Part shown: positions 28,101-41,581 of the stretch, piece after piece | How positions within the stretch are numbered: position 1 is the first letter of the stretch | Layout of the letters: each line of letters starts with the position of its first letter | Assembly: GCF_036365525.1 (NCBI RefSeq) | Contig: NC_090378.1 | Coordinates: 123,923,593 to 123,987,592 of the forward strand | DNA length: 64,000 nt | Source of the DNA: Heterodontus francisci | Taxonomy: Eukaryota | Direction: 5' to 3' | Position numbers and translations under genes: made by a program | Notes under the pieces: generated by a model | Databases searched by the model: none | What the model was told of the DNA's origin: nothing | Seen by the model: the letters and a program-made list of their open reading frames with translations, nothing else

Positions 28101-31100
28101 AATGGACACACAGTCCCACCTCCCGCACGGACACATCCCACAGTTATATATAATATATAATAATGGACACACAGTCCCACCTCCTGTACTGACACATCCC
28201 ACAGCTATATATAATATATAATAATGGACACACATTCCCACCTCCTGTACTGACACATCCCACAGTTACATATAATATATAATAATGGACGCACAGTCCC
28301 ACCTCCTGCACTGACACATCCCACAGTTATATATAATATATAATGATGGACGCACAGTCCCACCTCCTGTACTGACACATCCCACAGTTATATATAATAT
28401 ATAATAATGGACACACAGTCCCACCTCCTGTACTGACACATCCCACAGTTATATATAATATATAATAATGGACTCACAGTCCCACCTCCTGTACTGACAC
28501 GTCCCACAGTTATATATAATATATAATAATGGACACACAGTCCCACCTCCTGAACTGACACATCCCACAGTTATATATAATATATAATAATGGAAACACA
28601 GTCCCGCCTCCCGCACTGACACATCCCACAGTTATATATATATATATAATAATGGACACACAGTCCCACCTCCTGAACTGACACATCCCACAGTTATATA
28701 TAATATATAATAATGGAAACACAGTCCCGCCTCCCGCACTGACACATCCCACAGTTATATATAATATATAATAATGGACACACAGTCCCACCTCCTGAAC
28801 TGACACATCCCACAGTTATATATAATATATAATAATGGAAACACAGTCCCGCCTCCCGCACTGACACATCCCACAGTTATATATATATATATAATAATGG
28901 ACACACAGTCCCACCTCCTGAACTGACACATCCCACAGTTATATATAATATATAATAATGGAAACACAGTCCCGCCTCCCGCACTGACACATCCCACAGT
29001 TATATATATATATATAATAATGGACACGCAGTACCACATCCTGTACTGACACGTCACACAGTAATATATAATATATAATAATGGACGCACAGTCCCACCT
29101 CCTGTACTGACACATCCCACAGTGATATATAGTATATAATAATCGACACACTGTCCCACCTCCTGCACTGGCACATCCCACAGTTATATATAATATATAA
29201 TAATGGACACACATTCCCACCTCCTGCACTGACACATCCCACAGTTATATATAATATATAATAATTGACATACCGTGCCACCTTCCGCACTGACACATCC
29301 CTCCGATATATATAATATATAATAATTGACACACAGTCCCACCTCCCGTTCTGACACATCCCACATTTATATATAATATATAATAATGGACACACAGTCC
29401 CACCTCCTGTACTGACACATCCCACAGTTATATATAATATATAGTAATGGACACGCAGTACCACATCCTGTACTGACACGTCACACAGTAATATATAATA
29501 TATAATAATGGACGCACAGTCCCACCTCCTGTACTGACACATCCCACAGTTATATATAATATATAATAATGGACTCACGGTCCCACCTCCTGTACTGACA
29601 CATCCCACAGTTATATATAATATATAATAATGGACACACATTCCCACCTCCTGCACTGACACATCCCACAGTTATATGTAATATAGATTAATGGACACAC
29701 AGTCCCACCTCCTCTACTGACACAACCCACAGTTATATATAATATATAATAATTGACACACGGTGCCACCTTCCGCACTGACACATCCCACAGATATATA
29801 TAATATATGATATTGGACACACAGTCCCACCTCCCGCACTGACACATCCCACAGTTATATATAATATATAATAATGGACACACAGTCCCACCTCCCGCAC
29901 TGACACATCCCACAATTATATATAATATATAATAATGGACGCACAGTCCCTCCTCCTCGACTGATACGTTCCACAGTTATATATAATATATAATAATGGA
30001 CGCACAGTTCCACCTCCTCGTCTGACACGTTCCACAGTTATATATAATATATAATAATGGACACACAGTCCCACCTCCTGCACTGACACGTTCCACAGTA
30101 AGATACAATGTATAATAATGGACGCACAGTCCCACCTCCCGCACTGACACATCCCACAGTTATATATAATATATAATAATGGACGCACAGTCCCAACGTC
30201 TCGACTGACACGTTCCACAGTTATATATAATATATAATAATGGACGCACAGTCCCACCTCCTGCCTTGACACATCCCACAGTGATATATAATATATAATA
30301 ATTGACACACAGTCCCACCTCACGCACTGACACATCCCACAGTTATATATAATGTATAATAATGGACGCACAGTCCCACCTCCTGTACTGACACATCCCA
30401 CAGTTATATATAATATATAATAATGGACGCACAGTCCCCGCTCCTGTACTGACACATCCCACAGTTATATATAATATATAATAATGGACACACAGTCCCA
30501 CCTCCTGCACTGACACATCCCACAGTTATATATAATATATAATAATGGACGCACAGTCCCCGCTCCTGTACTGACACATCCCACAGCTATATATAATATA
30601 TAATAATGGACACACATTCCCACCTCCTGTACTGACACATCCCACAGTTACATATAATATATAATAATGGACGCACAGTCCCACCTCCTGTACTGACACA
30701 TCCCACAGTTATATATAATATATAATAATGGACACACAGTCCCACCTCCTGTACTGACACATCCCACAGCTATATATAATATATAATAATGGACACACAT
30801 TCCCACCTCCTGTACTGACACATCCCACAGTTACATATAATATATAATAATGGACGCACAGTCCCACCTCCTGTACTGACACATCCCACAGTTATATATA
30901 ATATATAATAATGGACACACAGTCCCACCTCCTGTACTGACACATCCCACAGCTATATATAATATATAATAATGGACACACATTCCCACCTCCTGTACTG
31001 ACACATCCCACAGTTACATATAATATATAATAATGGACACACAGTCCCACCTCCTGTACTGACACATCCCACAGCTATATATAATATATAATAATGGACA

Positions 31101-34100
31101 CACATTCCCACCTCCTGTACTGACACATCCCACAGTTACATATAATATATAATAATGGACGCACAGTCCCACCTCCTGCACTGACACATCCCACAGTTAT
31201 ATATAATATATAATGATGGACACACAGTCCCACCTCCTGTACTGACACATCCCACAGTTATATATAATATATAATAATGGACACACAGTCCCACCTCCTG
31301 TACTGACACATCCCACAGTTATATATAATATATAGTAATGGACACGCAGTACCACATCCTGTACTGACACGTCACACAGTAATATATAATATATAATAAT
31401 GGACGCACAGTCCCACCTCCTGTACTGACACATCCCACAGTGATATATAATATATAATAATGGACACACAGTCCCACCTCCTGCACTGGCACATCCCACA
31501 GTTATATATAATATATAATAATGGACACACAGTCCCACCTCCTGCACTGACACATCCCACAGTTATATATAATATATAATAATTGACATACCGTGCCACC
31601 TTCCGCACTGACACATCCCTCCGATATATATAATATATAATAATTGACACACAGTCCCACCTCCCGTTCTGACACATCCCACATTTATATATAATATATA
31701 ATAATGGACACACAGTCCCACCTCCTGTACTGACACATCCCACAGTTATATATAATATATAGTAATGGACACGCAGTACCACATCCTGTACTGACACGTC
31801 ACACAGTAATATATAATATATAATAATGGACGCACAGTCCCACCTCCTGCACTGACACATCCCACAGTTATATATAATATATAATAATGGACACACAGTC
31901 CCACCTCCTGCACTGACACATCCCACAGTTATATATAATATATAATAATGGACACACAGTCCCACCTCCTGCACTGACACATCCCACAGTGATATATAGT
32001 ATATAATAATCGACACACTGTCCCACCTCCTGCACTGGCACATCCCACAGTTATATATAATATATAATAATGGACACACAGTCCCACCTCCTGCACTGAC
32101 ACATCCCACAGTTATATATAATATATAATAATTGACATACCGTGCCACCTTCCGCACTGACACATCCCTCCGATATATATAATATATAATAATTGACACA
32201 CAGTCCCACCTCCCGTTCTGACACATCCCACATTTATATATAATATATAATAATGGACACACAGTCCCACCTCCCGCACTGACACATCCCACAGTTATAT
32301 ATAATATATAATAATGGACGCACAGTCCTTCCTCCTCGACTGATACGTTCCACAGTTATATATAATATATAATAATGGACACACAGTCCCACCTCCCGCA
32401 CTGACACGTTCCACAGTTATATATAATATATAATAATGGACGCACAGTCCCACCTCCTGCCCTGACACATCCCACAGTGATATATAATATATAATAATGG
32501 ACGCACAGTCCCACCTCCTGTCCTGACACATCCCACAGTTATATAGAATATATAATAATGGACGCACAGTCCCCCCTCCTGTCCTGACACATCCCACAGT
32601 TATATAGAATATATAATAATGGACGCACAGTCCCACCTCCTGCACTGACTCATCCCACAGTTATATATAATATATAATAATGGACACACAGTCCCACCTC
32701 ACGCACTGACACATCCCACAGTTATATAGAATATATAATAATGGACGCACAGTCCCACCTCCTGTACTGACTCATCCCACAGTTATATATAATATATAAT
32801 AATGGACACACAGTCCCACCTCCTGTACTGACACATCCCACAGTTATATAGAATATATAATAATGGACGCACAGTCCCACCTCCTGCACTGACACATCCC
32901 ACAGTTATATATAAAAGATAATAATGGACACACTGTCCCACCTCCTGTACTGAGACATCCCACAGTTATATATAATATATAAGAATGGACGCACAGTCCC
33001 ACCTCCTGTACTGACACATCCCACAGTTATATATAATATATAATAATCGACACACTGTCCCACCTCCTGTACTGACACATCCCACAGTTATATTTAATAT
33101 ATAATAATGGACGCACAGTCCTTCCTCCTCAACTGATACGTTCCACAGTTATATATAATATATAAGAATGGACGCACAGTCCCACCTCCTGTACTGACAC
33201 ATCCCACAGTTATATATAATATATAATAATGGACACACAGTCCCACCTCCTGTACTGACACATCCCACAGTTATCTATAATGTATAATAGTGGAAACACA
33301 GTCCCACCTCCTGCACTGACATATCCCACAGTTATATATAATATATAATAATGGACACACAGTCCCACCTCCCGCACTGACACATCCCACAGTTATATAT
33401 AATATATAATAATGGACACACAGTCCCACCTCCCGCACTGACACATCCCACAGTTATCTATAATGTATAATAATGGAAACACAGTCCCACCTCCTGCACT
33501 GACATATCCCACAGTTATATATAATATATAATAATGGACACACAGTCCCACCTCCCGCACTGACACATCCCACAGTTATATATAATATATAATAATGGAC
33601 GCACAGTCCCACCTCCTCGACTGACACATCCCACAGTTAAATATAATATATAATAATGGACACACATTCCCACTTCCTATACTGACACATCCCACAGTTA
33701 TATATAATATATAATAATGGATACACATTCCCACTTCCTAGACTGACACATCCCACATTAAAAAATAATATATAATAATGGACACACAGTCCCACCTCCT
33801 GTCCTGACTCATCCCACAGTTATATATAATACATAATATTGGACACACAGTCACACCTCCTGTACTGACACATCCCACAGTTATATATAATATATAATAA
33901 TGGACACACAGTCCCAACTCCCGCACTGACGCATCCCACAGTTATATATAATATATAATAATGGACACACAGTCCCACCTCCCGCACTGACACATCCCAC
34001 AGTTATATATAACATATAATAATGGACTCACGGTCCCACCTCCTGTACAAACACATCCCACAGTTATATATAATATATAATAATGGACGCACAGTCCCAC

Positions 34101-37100
34101 CACCTGTACTGACACATCCCACAGTTATATATAATATATAATAATGGACACACAGTCCCACCTCCCGCACTGACACATCCCACAGTTATATATAATATAT
34201 AATAATGGACGCACAGTCCCACCTCCTGTACTGACACATCCCACAGTTATATATAATATTTAATGATGGACGCACAGTCCCACCTCCTGTACTGACACAT
34301 CCCACAGTTATATATAATAAATAATAATGGACACACAGTCCCACCTCCTGTACTGACACATCCCACAGTTATATATAATATATAATAATGGACACACAGT
34401 CCCACCTCCTGTACTAACACATCCCACAGTTATATATAATATATAATAATGGACGCACAGTCCCACCTCCTGTACTGACACATCCCACAGTTATATATAA
34501 TATATAATAATGGACACACAGTCACACCTCCTGGACTGACACATCCCACAGTTATATATAATATATAATAATGGACACACAGTCCCACCTCCTGGACTGA
34601 CACATCCCACAGTTATATATAATATATAATAATGGACACACAGTCCCACCTCCTGGACTGACACATCCCACAGTTATATATAACATATAATAATGGACAC
34701 ACAGTCCCACCTCCTGTACTGACACATCCCACAGTTATATATAATATATAATAATGGACACACAGTCACACCTCCTGGACTGACACATCCCACAGTTATA
34801 TATAACATATAATAATGGACACACAGTCCCACCTCCTGTACTGACACATCCCACAGTTATATATAATATATAATAATGGAATCACAGTCCCACCTCCTGT
34901 CCTGACACATCCCACAGTTATATATAATATATAATAATGGACACACAGTCACACCTCCTGGACTGACACATCCCACAGTTATATATAACATATAATAATG
35001 GACACACAGTCCCACCTCCTGTACTGACACATCCCACAGTTATATATAATATATAATAATGGACACACAGTCACACCTCCTGTACTGACACATCCCACAG
35101 TTATATATAATATATAATAATGGACACACAGTCCCTCCTCCCGCACGGACACATCCCACAGTTATATATAATATATAATAATGGACACACAGTCCCACCT
35201 CCTGTACTGACACACCCCACAGTTATATATAATATATAATAATGGACACACAGTCCCACCTGCTGTACTGACACATCCCACAGTTATATATAATATATAA
35301 TAATGGACACACAGTCCCACCTCCTGTACTGACACATCCCACATTTATATATAATATATAATAATGGACACACAGTCCCACCTCCTGCACTGACACCTCC
35401 CACAGTTATATATAATATATAATAATGGACACACAGTCCCACCTCCTGTACTGACACATCCCACAGTTATATATAATATATAATAATGGACACACAGTCC
35501 CACCTCCTGTACTGACACATCCCACAGTTATATATAATATATAATAATGGACACACAGTCCCACCTCCAGTACTGACACATCCCACAGTTATATATAATA
35601 TATAATAATGGACATAGTCCCACCTCCCGCACTGACACATCCCACATTTATATATAATATATAATAATGGACACACAGTCCCACCTCCTGTACTGACACA
35701 TCCTACAGTTATATATAATATATCATAATGAACACACAGTCCCACCTCCTGTACTGACACATCCCACAGTTATATATAATATATAATAATGGACATAGTC
35801 CCACCTCCCGCACTGACACATCCCACATTTATATATAATATATAATAATGGACACACAGTCCCACCTCCTGTACTGACACATCCCACAGTTATATATAAT
35901 ATATAATAATGGACACACAGTCCCACCTCCAGTACTGACACATCCCACAGTTATATATAATATATAATAATGGACATAGTCCCACCTCCCGCACTGACAC
36001 ATGCCACATTTATATATAATATATAATAATGGACACACAGTCCCACCTCCTGTACTGACACATCCTACAGTTATATATAATATATCATAATGAACACACA
36101 GTCCCACCTCCTGTACTGACACATCCCACAGTTATATATAATATATAATAATGGACATAGTCCCACCTCCCGCACTGACACATCCCACATTTATATATAA
36201 TATATAATAATGGACACACAGTCCCACCTCCTGTACTGACACATCCTACAGTTATATATAATATATAATAATGGACACACAGTCCCACCTCCTGTACTGA
36301 CACATCCCACAGTTATATATAATATATAATAATGGACATAGTCCCACCTCCCGCACTGACACATCCCACATTTATATATAATATATAATAATGGACACAC
36401 AGTCCCACCTCCTGTACTGACACATCCCACAGTTATATATAATATATAATAATGGACACACAGTCCCACCTCCTGTACTGACACATCCCACATTTATATA
36501 TAATATATAATAATGGACACACAGTCCCACCTCCTGTACTGACACATCCCACAGTTATATATAATATATAATAATGGACACACAGTCCCACCTCCCGCAC
36601 TGACACATCCCACAGTTATATATAATATATAATAATGGACACACAGTCCCACCTCCTGCACTGACACATCCCACAGTTATATATAATATATAATAATGAA
36701 CAGACAGTCCCACCTCCTGTACTGACACATCCCACAGTTATATATAATATATAATAATGGACACACAGTCCCACCTCCTGCACTGACACATCCCACAGTT
36801 ATATATAATATATAATAATGAACACACAGTCCCACCTCCTGTACTGACACATCCCACAGTTATAAATAATATATAATAATGGACATAGTCCCACCTCCTG
36901 TACTGACACATCCCACAGTTATATATAATATATAATAATGAACCACACAGTCCCACCTCCTGTACTGACACATCCCACAGTTATAAATAATATATAATAA
37001 TGGACATAGTCCCACCTCCTGTACTGACACATCCCACAGTTATATATAATATATAATAATGAACACACAGTCCCACCTCCTGTACTGACACATCCCACAG

Positions 37101-38700
37101 TTATAAATAATATATAATAATGGACACACAGTCCCACCTCCTGTACTGACACATCCCACAGTTATATATAATATATAATAATGAACACACAGTCCCACCT
37201 CCTGCACTGACACATCCCACAGTTATATATAATATATAATAATGAACACACAGTCCCACCTCCTGTACTGACACATCCCACAGTTATAAATAATATATAA
37301 TAATGGACACACAGTCCCACCTCCTGGACTGACACATCCCACAGTTATATATAATATATAATAATGGACACACAGTCCCACCTCCTGGACTGACACATCC
37401 CACAGTTATATATAATATATAATAATGGACACACAGTCCCACCTCCTGTACTGATACATCCCACAGTTATATAATATATAATAATGGACACACAGTCCCA
37501 CCTCCTGGACTGACACATCCCACAGTTATATATAATATATAATAATGGACTCACAGTCCCACCTCCTGTACTGACACATCCCACAGTTATAAATAATATA
37601 TAATAATGGACACACAGTCCCACCTCCTGTACTGACACATCCCACAGTTATATATAATATATAATAATGGTCACACAGTCCCACCTCCTGAACTGACACA
37701 TCCCACAGTTATAAATAATATATAATAATGGACACACAGTCCCACCTCCTGTACTGACACATCCCACAGTTATATACAATATATAATAATGGACACACAG
37801 TCCCACCTCCTGTACTGACACATCCCACAGTAATATATAATATAGAATAATGGACACACAGTCCCACCACCTGAACTGACACATCCCACAGTTATAAATA
37901 ATATATAATAATGGACACACAGTCCCACCTCCTGTACTGACATGTCCCACAGTTATATATAATATATAATAATGGACACACAGTCCCACCTCCTGGACTG
38001 ATACATCCCACAGTTATATATAATATATAATAATGGTCACACAGTCCCACCTCCTGTACTGACACATCCCACAGTAATATATAATATAGAATAATGGACA
38101 CACAGTCCCACCACCTGAACTGACACATCCCACAGTTATAAATAATATATAATAATGGACACACAGTCCCACCTCCTGTACTGACATGTCCCACAGTTAT
38201 ATATAATATATAATAATGGACACACAGTCCCACCTCCTGAACTGACACATCCCACAGTTATAAATAATATATAATAATGGACACACAGTCCCACCTCCTG
38301 TACTGACACATCCCACAGTTATAAATAATATATAATAATGGACATACAGTCCCACCTCCTGTACTGATACATCCCACAGTTATATATAATATATAATAAT
38401 GGACACACAGTCCCACCTCCTGTACTGATACATCCCACAGTTATATATAATATATAATAATGGTCACACAGTCCCACCTCCTGAACTGACACATCCCACA
38501 GTTATAAATAATATATAATAATGGACACACAGTCCCACCTCCTGGACTGACACATCCCACAGTTATATATAATATATAATAATGGACTCACAGTCCCACC
38601 TCCTGTACTGACACATCCCACAGTTATATATAATATATAATAATGGACATAGTCCCACCTCCCGCACTGACACATCCACAGTTATATTTATTATATAATA
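13110..38700. repeat. 61-bp satellite array (~25.6 kb, ~420 copies) inside the V-J interval
   Basis: Unit GGACACACAGTCCCACCTCCTG(T/C)ACTGACACATCCCACAGTTATATATAATATATAATAAT, continuous to ~38700 with variant blocks. Confidence 0.99.
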
Positions 38701-39159
38701 AACAGACGGTGTATTAAAACAGTTGCTTCAATCTCCTGTCTTATCTATCTGGGAAATATTTCCTGTTTTGTGCATTGCTGCCACATGTGTCGATGAGAGT
38801 GTTGACAGAAACATTCCCCTGAACGGTGTGACAAATTGGGAAAGGATGGAGGAGTTTAGAGAGGACGAGGAGCTGCTGTCTTCATCAGTGAGAATCTCAC
38901 AGCTCTGGAGATTTGACATTTTGCTTCATTCGATTCTCTCTGGGTTCTGGTGGAGTCGCTTCATGAGCACAGACTAATTATTGATCATTATTATTGACCC
39001 CCCATCCCAGGTCAGACACCCCAGGTCAGTTACTATGGAAACAGGTTTATTCTCATCTGGTTGAACAATCTGGTTGACACAATTTTCACCAATCAAAATC
39101 CAATTTAGAAAAGTGTCTAAATGAATAAAACTGAAATCATAAATAGAAAGCAAACTGAA

Positions 39160-39445
39160 CAAATTAAAGCCTGATTTTATTTTCACTATCCACTACACAC
39201 TCCTGTCCCTGTGGTGCCCACTGCAGCCTGAAGGCCTCAAGTGACCCAGCAGACACCCCCTGCTCCTTCTCCAGGGCCACCCGGGTGGGGACAATGCCAT
39301 GGTAGAGAGACTGGCAGCCAGTGCCACCACCCCCATGGGTCCCATCCAACTCGGGCCTGTGGATGGACACCTTAGCCAGGCCCAGGAGCAGACCCACGAG
39401 GAGGGGCCTCCAACCTGCCCACTCCCCTCTGCACTGGGTGGCCAA
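39160..39445 (-). mobile_element. Tx1/L1-like LINE 3' fragment
   Basis: Peptide LLLGLAKVSIHR..LEKEQGVSAGSLEAFRLQWAPQG resembles the Tx1-clade ORF2 C-terminus (LAK..I..F...W pattern). Confidence 0.5.
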
Positions 39446-39899
39446 AGATCAGGAGCGTGGGCCTGAATTAGAACCAGAGGATGAGAAGCAGCCCCTTCAA
39501 ATAATGGAACAGGGGCCACAACCTCTCCCACTCCATGTAGACATGATCCACCGACTCTGAAACTCACTGTTTTCAAATGGTCCATGAGGAAGACCAGAGT
39601 CAGCAACAGAAACATCACATTTACAGAAACACTCCTCCCCTTTTTTCCAGGGCACAGGCAGGTGAGCTCGGTTTGCTGGGAGATTTTCATTTTCCAGGAA
39701 TTGAGTGGCTCCAGGCTTTTCCATCTGATGTGGTGGGAAGAGCAGCTGGAAGATTTATCATCGACAAGTAGAATTCCCAACTTTCCCAAGCACGGCAGCA
39801 TGGAATTCAGACAGAGAGAGTGAAACAGAGACAGTAGGAGAGAGAGAGAAACAGAGACAGTGGGAGAGAGAGAATGACAGAAAGAGAGACATTGGGGGA

Positions 39900-40035
39900 N
39901 NNNNNNNNNNNNNNNNNNNNNNNNNNNNNNNNNNNNNNNNNNNNNNNNNNNNNNNNNNNNNNNNNNNNNNNNNNNNNNNNNNNNNNNNNNNNNNNNNNNN
40001 NNNNNNNNNNNNNNNNNNNNNNNNNNNNNNNNNNN
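39900..40035. other. Assembly gap (N run) between V and J
   Basis: Run of n bases flanked by GA-rich sequence. Confidence 1.
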
Positions 40036-40859
40036 TAGACAGAGGGAAAGAGCACAAGAGGGACAGCGTGAGAGAGAGAGATGGCTGGTTGTCCCAGTGG
40101 ACATTGGGACTCTGACGTCTGGCCTATATGAGGGTCCCGAGCCTGCTCATGTCATCAGCACTCGCCGGAGCAACTTTCTGGGAGGCAGCCTCCTAATTGG
40201 TCACCTCCACACTCACTGTCCTATTAATGATGGCGGTCAGGCTCCCGAGCCTGCAGGCCCAATCAGAGGGCCCACAGTGATGTCAGGCTGGCAGCTCCAC
40301 CGGGAGAGGTGGGCCCTGCTGAAACAGGCAGGCGAGAGTGAGGGCCCCTCAACATGGAGAAGCCCTCGGCTGCCTGCAGAGGAATAGTAAAATAAAAAGG
40401 GCTGAAGCCAGCTGGGCCATCGGTTTGAAGAGGGTTAGGGTTAGGAAACTCCTCCACAGGATTATTCACAGGCGGGACTGCAGCTTTTCATCCCTGTAGC
40501 TCTGTCATTGGGACATAGAGTCTCCGTCCCCGATGGTCCCCTGGCCTGCTGCCGGGAGGGCTCCTCCATTGAGCTGGCGGCCTCCACACTCGGGGGTGGG
40601 GAGGCCGCTCCGACGTTGGTAAAATACCAGCACCGGCTCAAAAATGGCCCCTAAATGTGAACTTCATTGCTCGAATTGTCTGCCCATCTCCATGGAGCCA
40701 GCAGATGACCGGTTCCCAGTACACCCATGGGAAAGTAACCCGGAGGCGGGAATGTGTCAGGGAGCCATGTTGACACGGCTCGTCGTATTTTTCCCAGTCC
40801 TGCCCAACCTCTAAATGAGAACCCCGTCTCCATGGCACCGGGAGAATTCATCCCAGTCT

Positions 40860-41507
40860 GTGAGAGACAGAGAGAGAGAAAGTGAGAGAGAGAGAAAGAG
40901 AGAGAGAGTGAGAGGGAGAAAAAGAGAGACAGAGTGAGAAAGAGAGACAAAGTGAGAGAGTGAGAGAGAGAGAAAGAGAGAGATAGTGAGAGGGAGAAAA
41001 ATAGAGACAGAGTGAGACTGAATGAGAGAGAGTGAGAGTGAGAAAGAGAGAGAGAGTGAGAGAGAGAGAAAGAGGGAGACAGTGAGAGGGAGAAAATGAG
41101 AGACAGAGTGAGAGAGAGTGAGAAAGAGAGACAGAGTGAGTGAGAGAAAGAGAGAGACAGATTGAGAGAGAGTGTGAGAGAGAGAGAGCATGTGACAGAG
41201 ACAGAGTAACAGGGAGAGGGACATAATGAGAGAGTGAAAGAGACAGAGTGAGAGAAAACAATGAGAGAGAGACAGAATGTGAGAGAAACCCAAAGTAGCA
41301 GAGACAGAGTGTGACACACTGAGAACGACACACACAGACAGAGACAGACAGAAGCACACATAGAGACAGAGACAAATAGATATATATAGAGAGAGTGTGA
41401 GAGACAGAGACACACATACACACAGGCAAAGAGTTACAGAGAGAGAGACACAGTGACAGTGAAAGACAGAGAGAGGGTGAGAGTGAGTGAGTGAAACAGA
41501 GAGCAGA
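40860..41507 (+). repeat. GA/GAGT-rich low-complexity tract directly upstream of the J RSS
   Basis: About 650 bp of degenerate (GA)n, strongly purine-biased, ending at the J nonamer. Confidence 0.9.
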
Positions 41508-41546
41508 GGATATTGTACAGCCCCTGCACTGGAAGCTGTCAGTGTG
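41508..41546 (-). promoter_or_regulatory. J recombination signal sequence, 23-bp spacer (non-consensus)
   Basis: GGATATTGT (41508-41516) + 23 bp (ACAGCCCCTGCACTGGAAGCTGT) + CAGTGTG (41540-41546), abutting the J coding end. Confidence 0.88.
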
Positions 41547-41581
41547 GTATACGTTCGGTAAAGGAACCAAGCTCAGACTGA
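41547..41581 (+). CDS. IGKJ: Ig kappa-type J segment YTFGKGTKLRL
   Basis: FGxGT motif; phase-1 donor GTAAGT at 41582 joins in frame to the C exon (A|GC = Ser). Confidence 0.96.

Noticed and set aside
13882-38248. Dozens of Cys/Tyr/Ile-rich short ORFs
   Set aside because: Reverse translations of the 61-bp satellite with no gene structure.
13110-38700. CRISPR-like array, or array of D/J segments
   Set aside because: No unique spacers, a eukaryotic context, and no complete flanking RSS pairs or FGxG motifs.
13078-41547. Germline-joined VJ gene, as found in some shark light-chain clusters
   Set aside because: V and J are separate and each keeps its own RSS.
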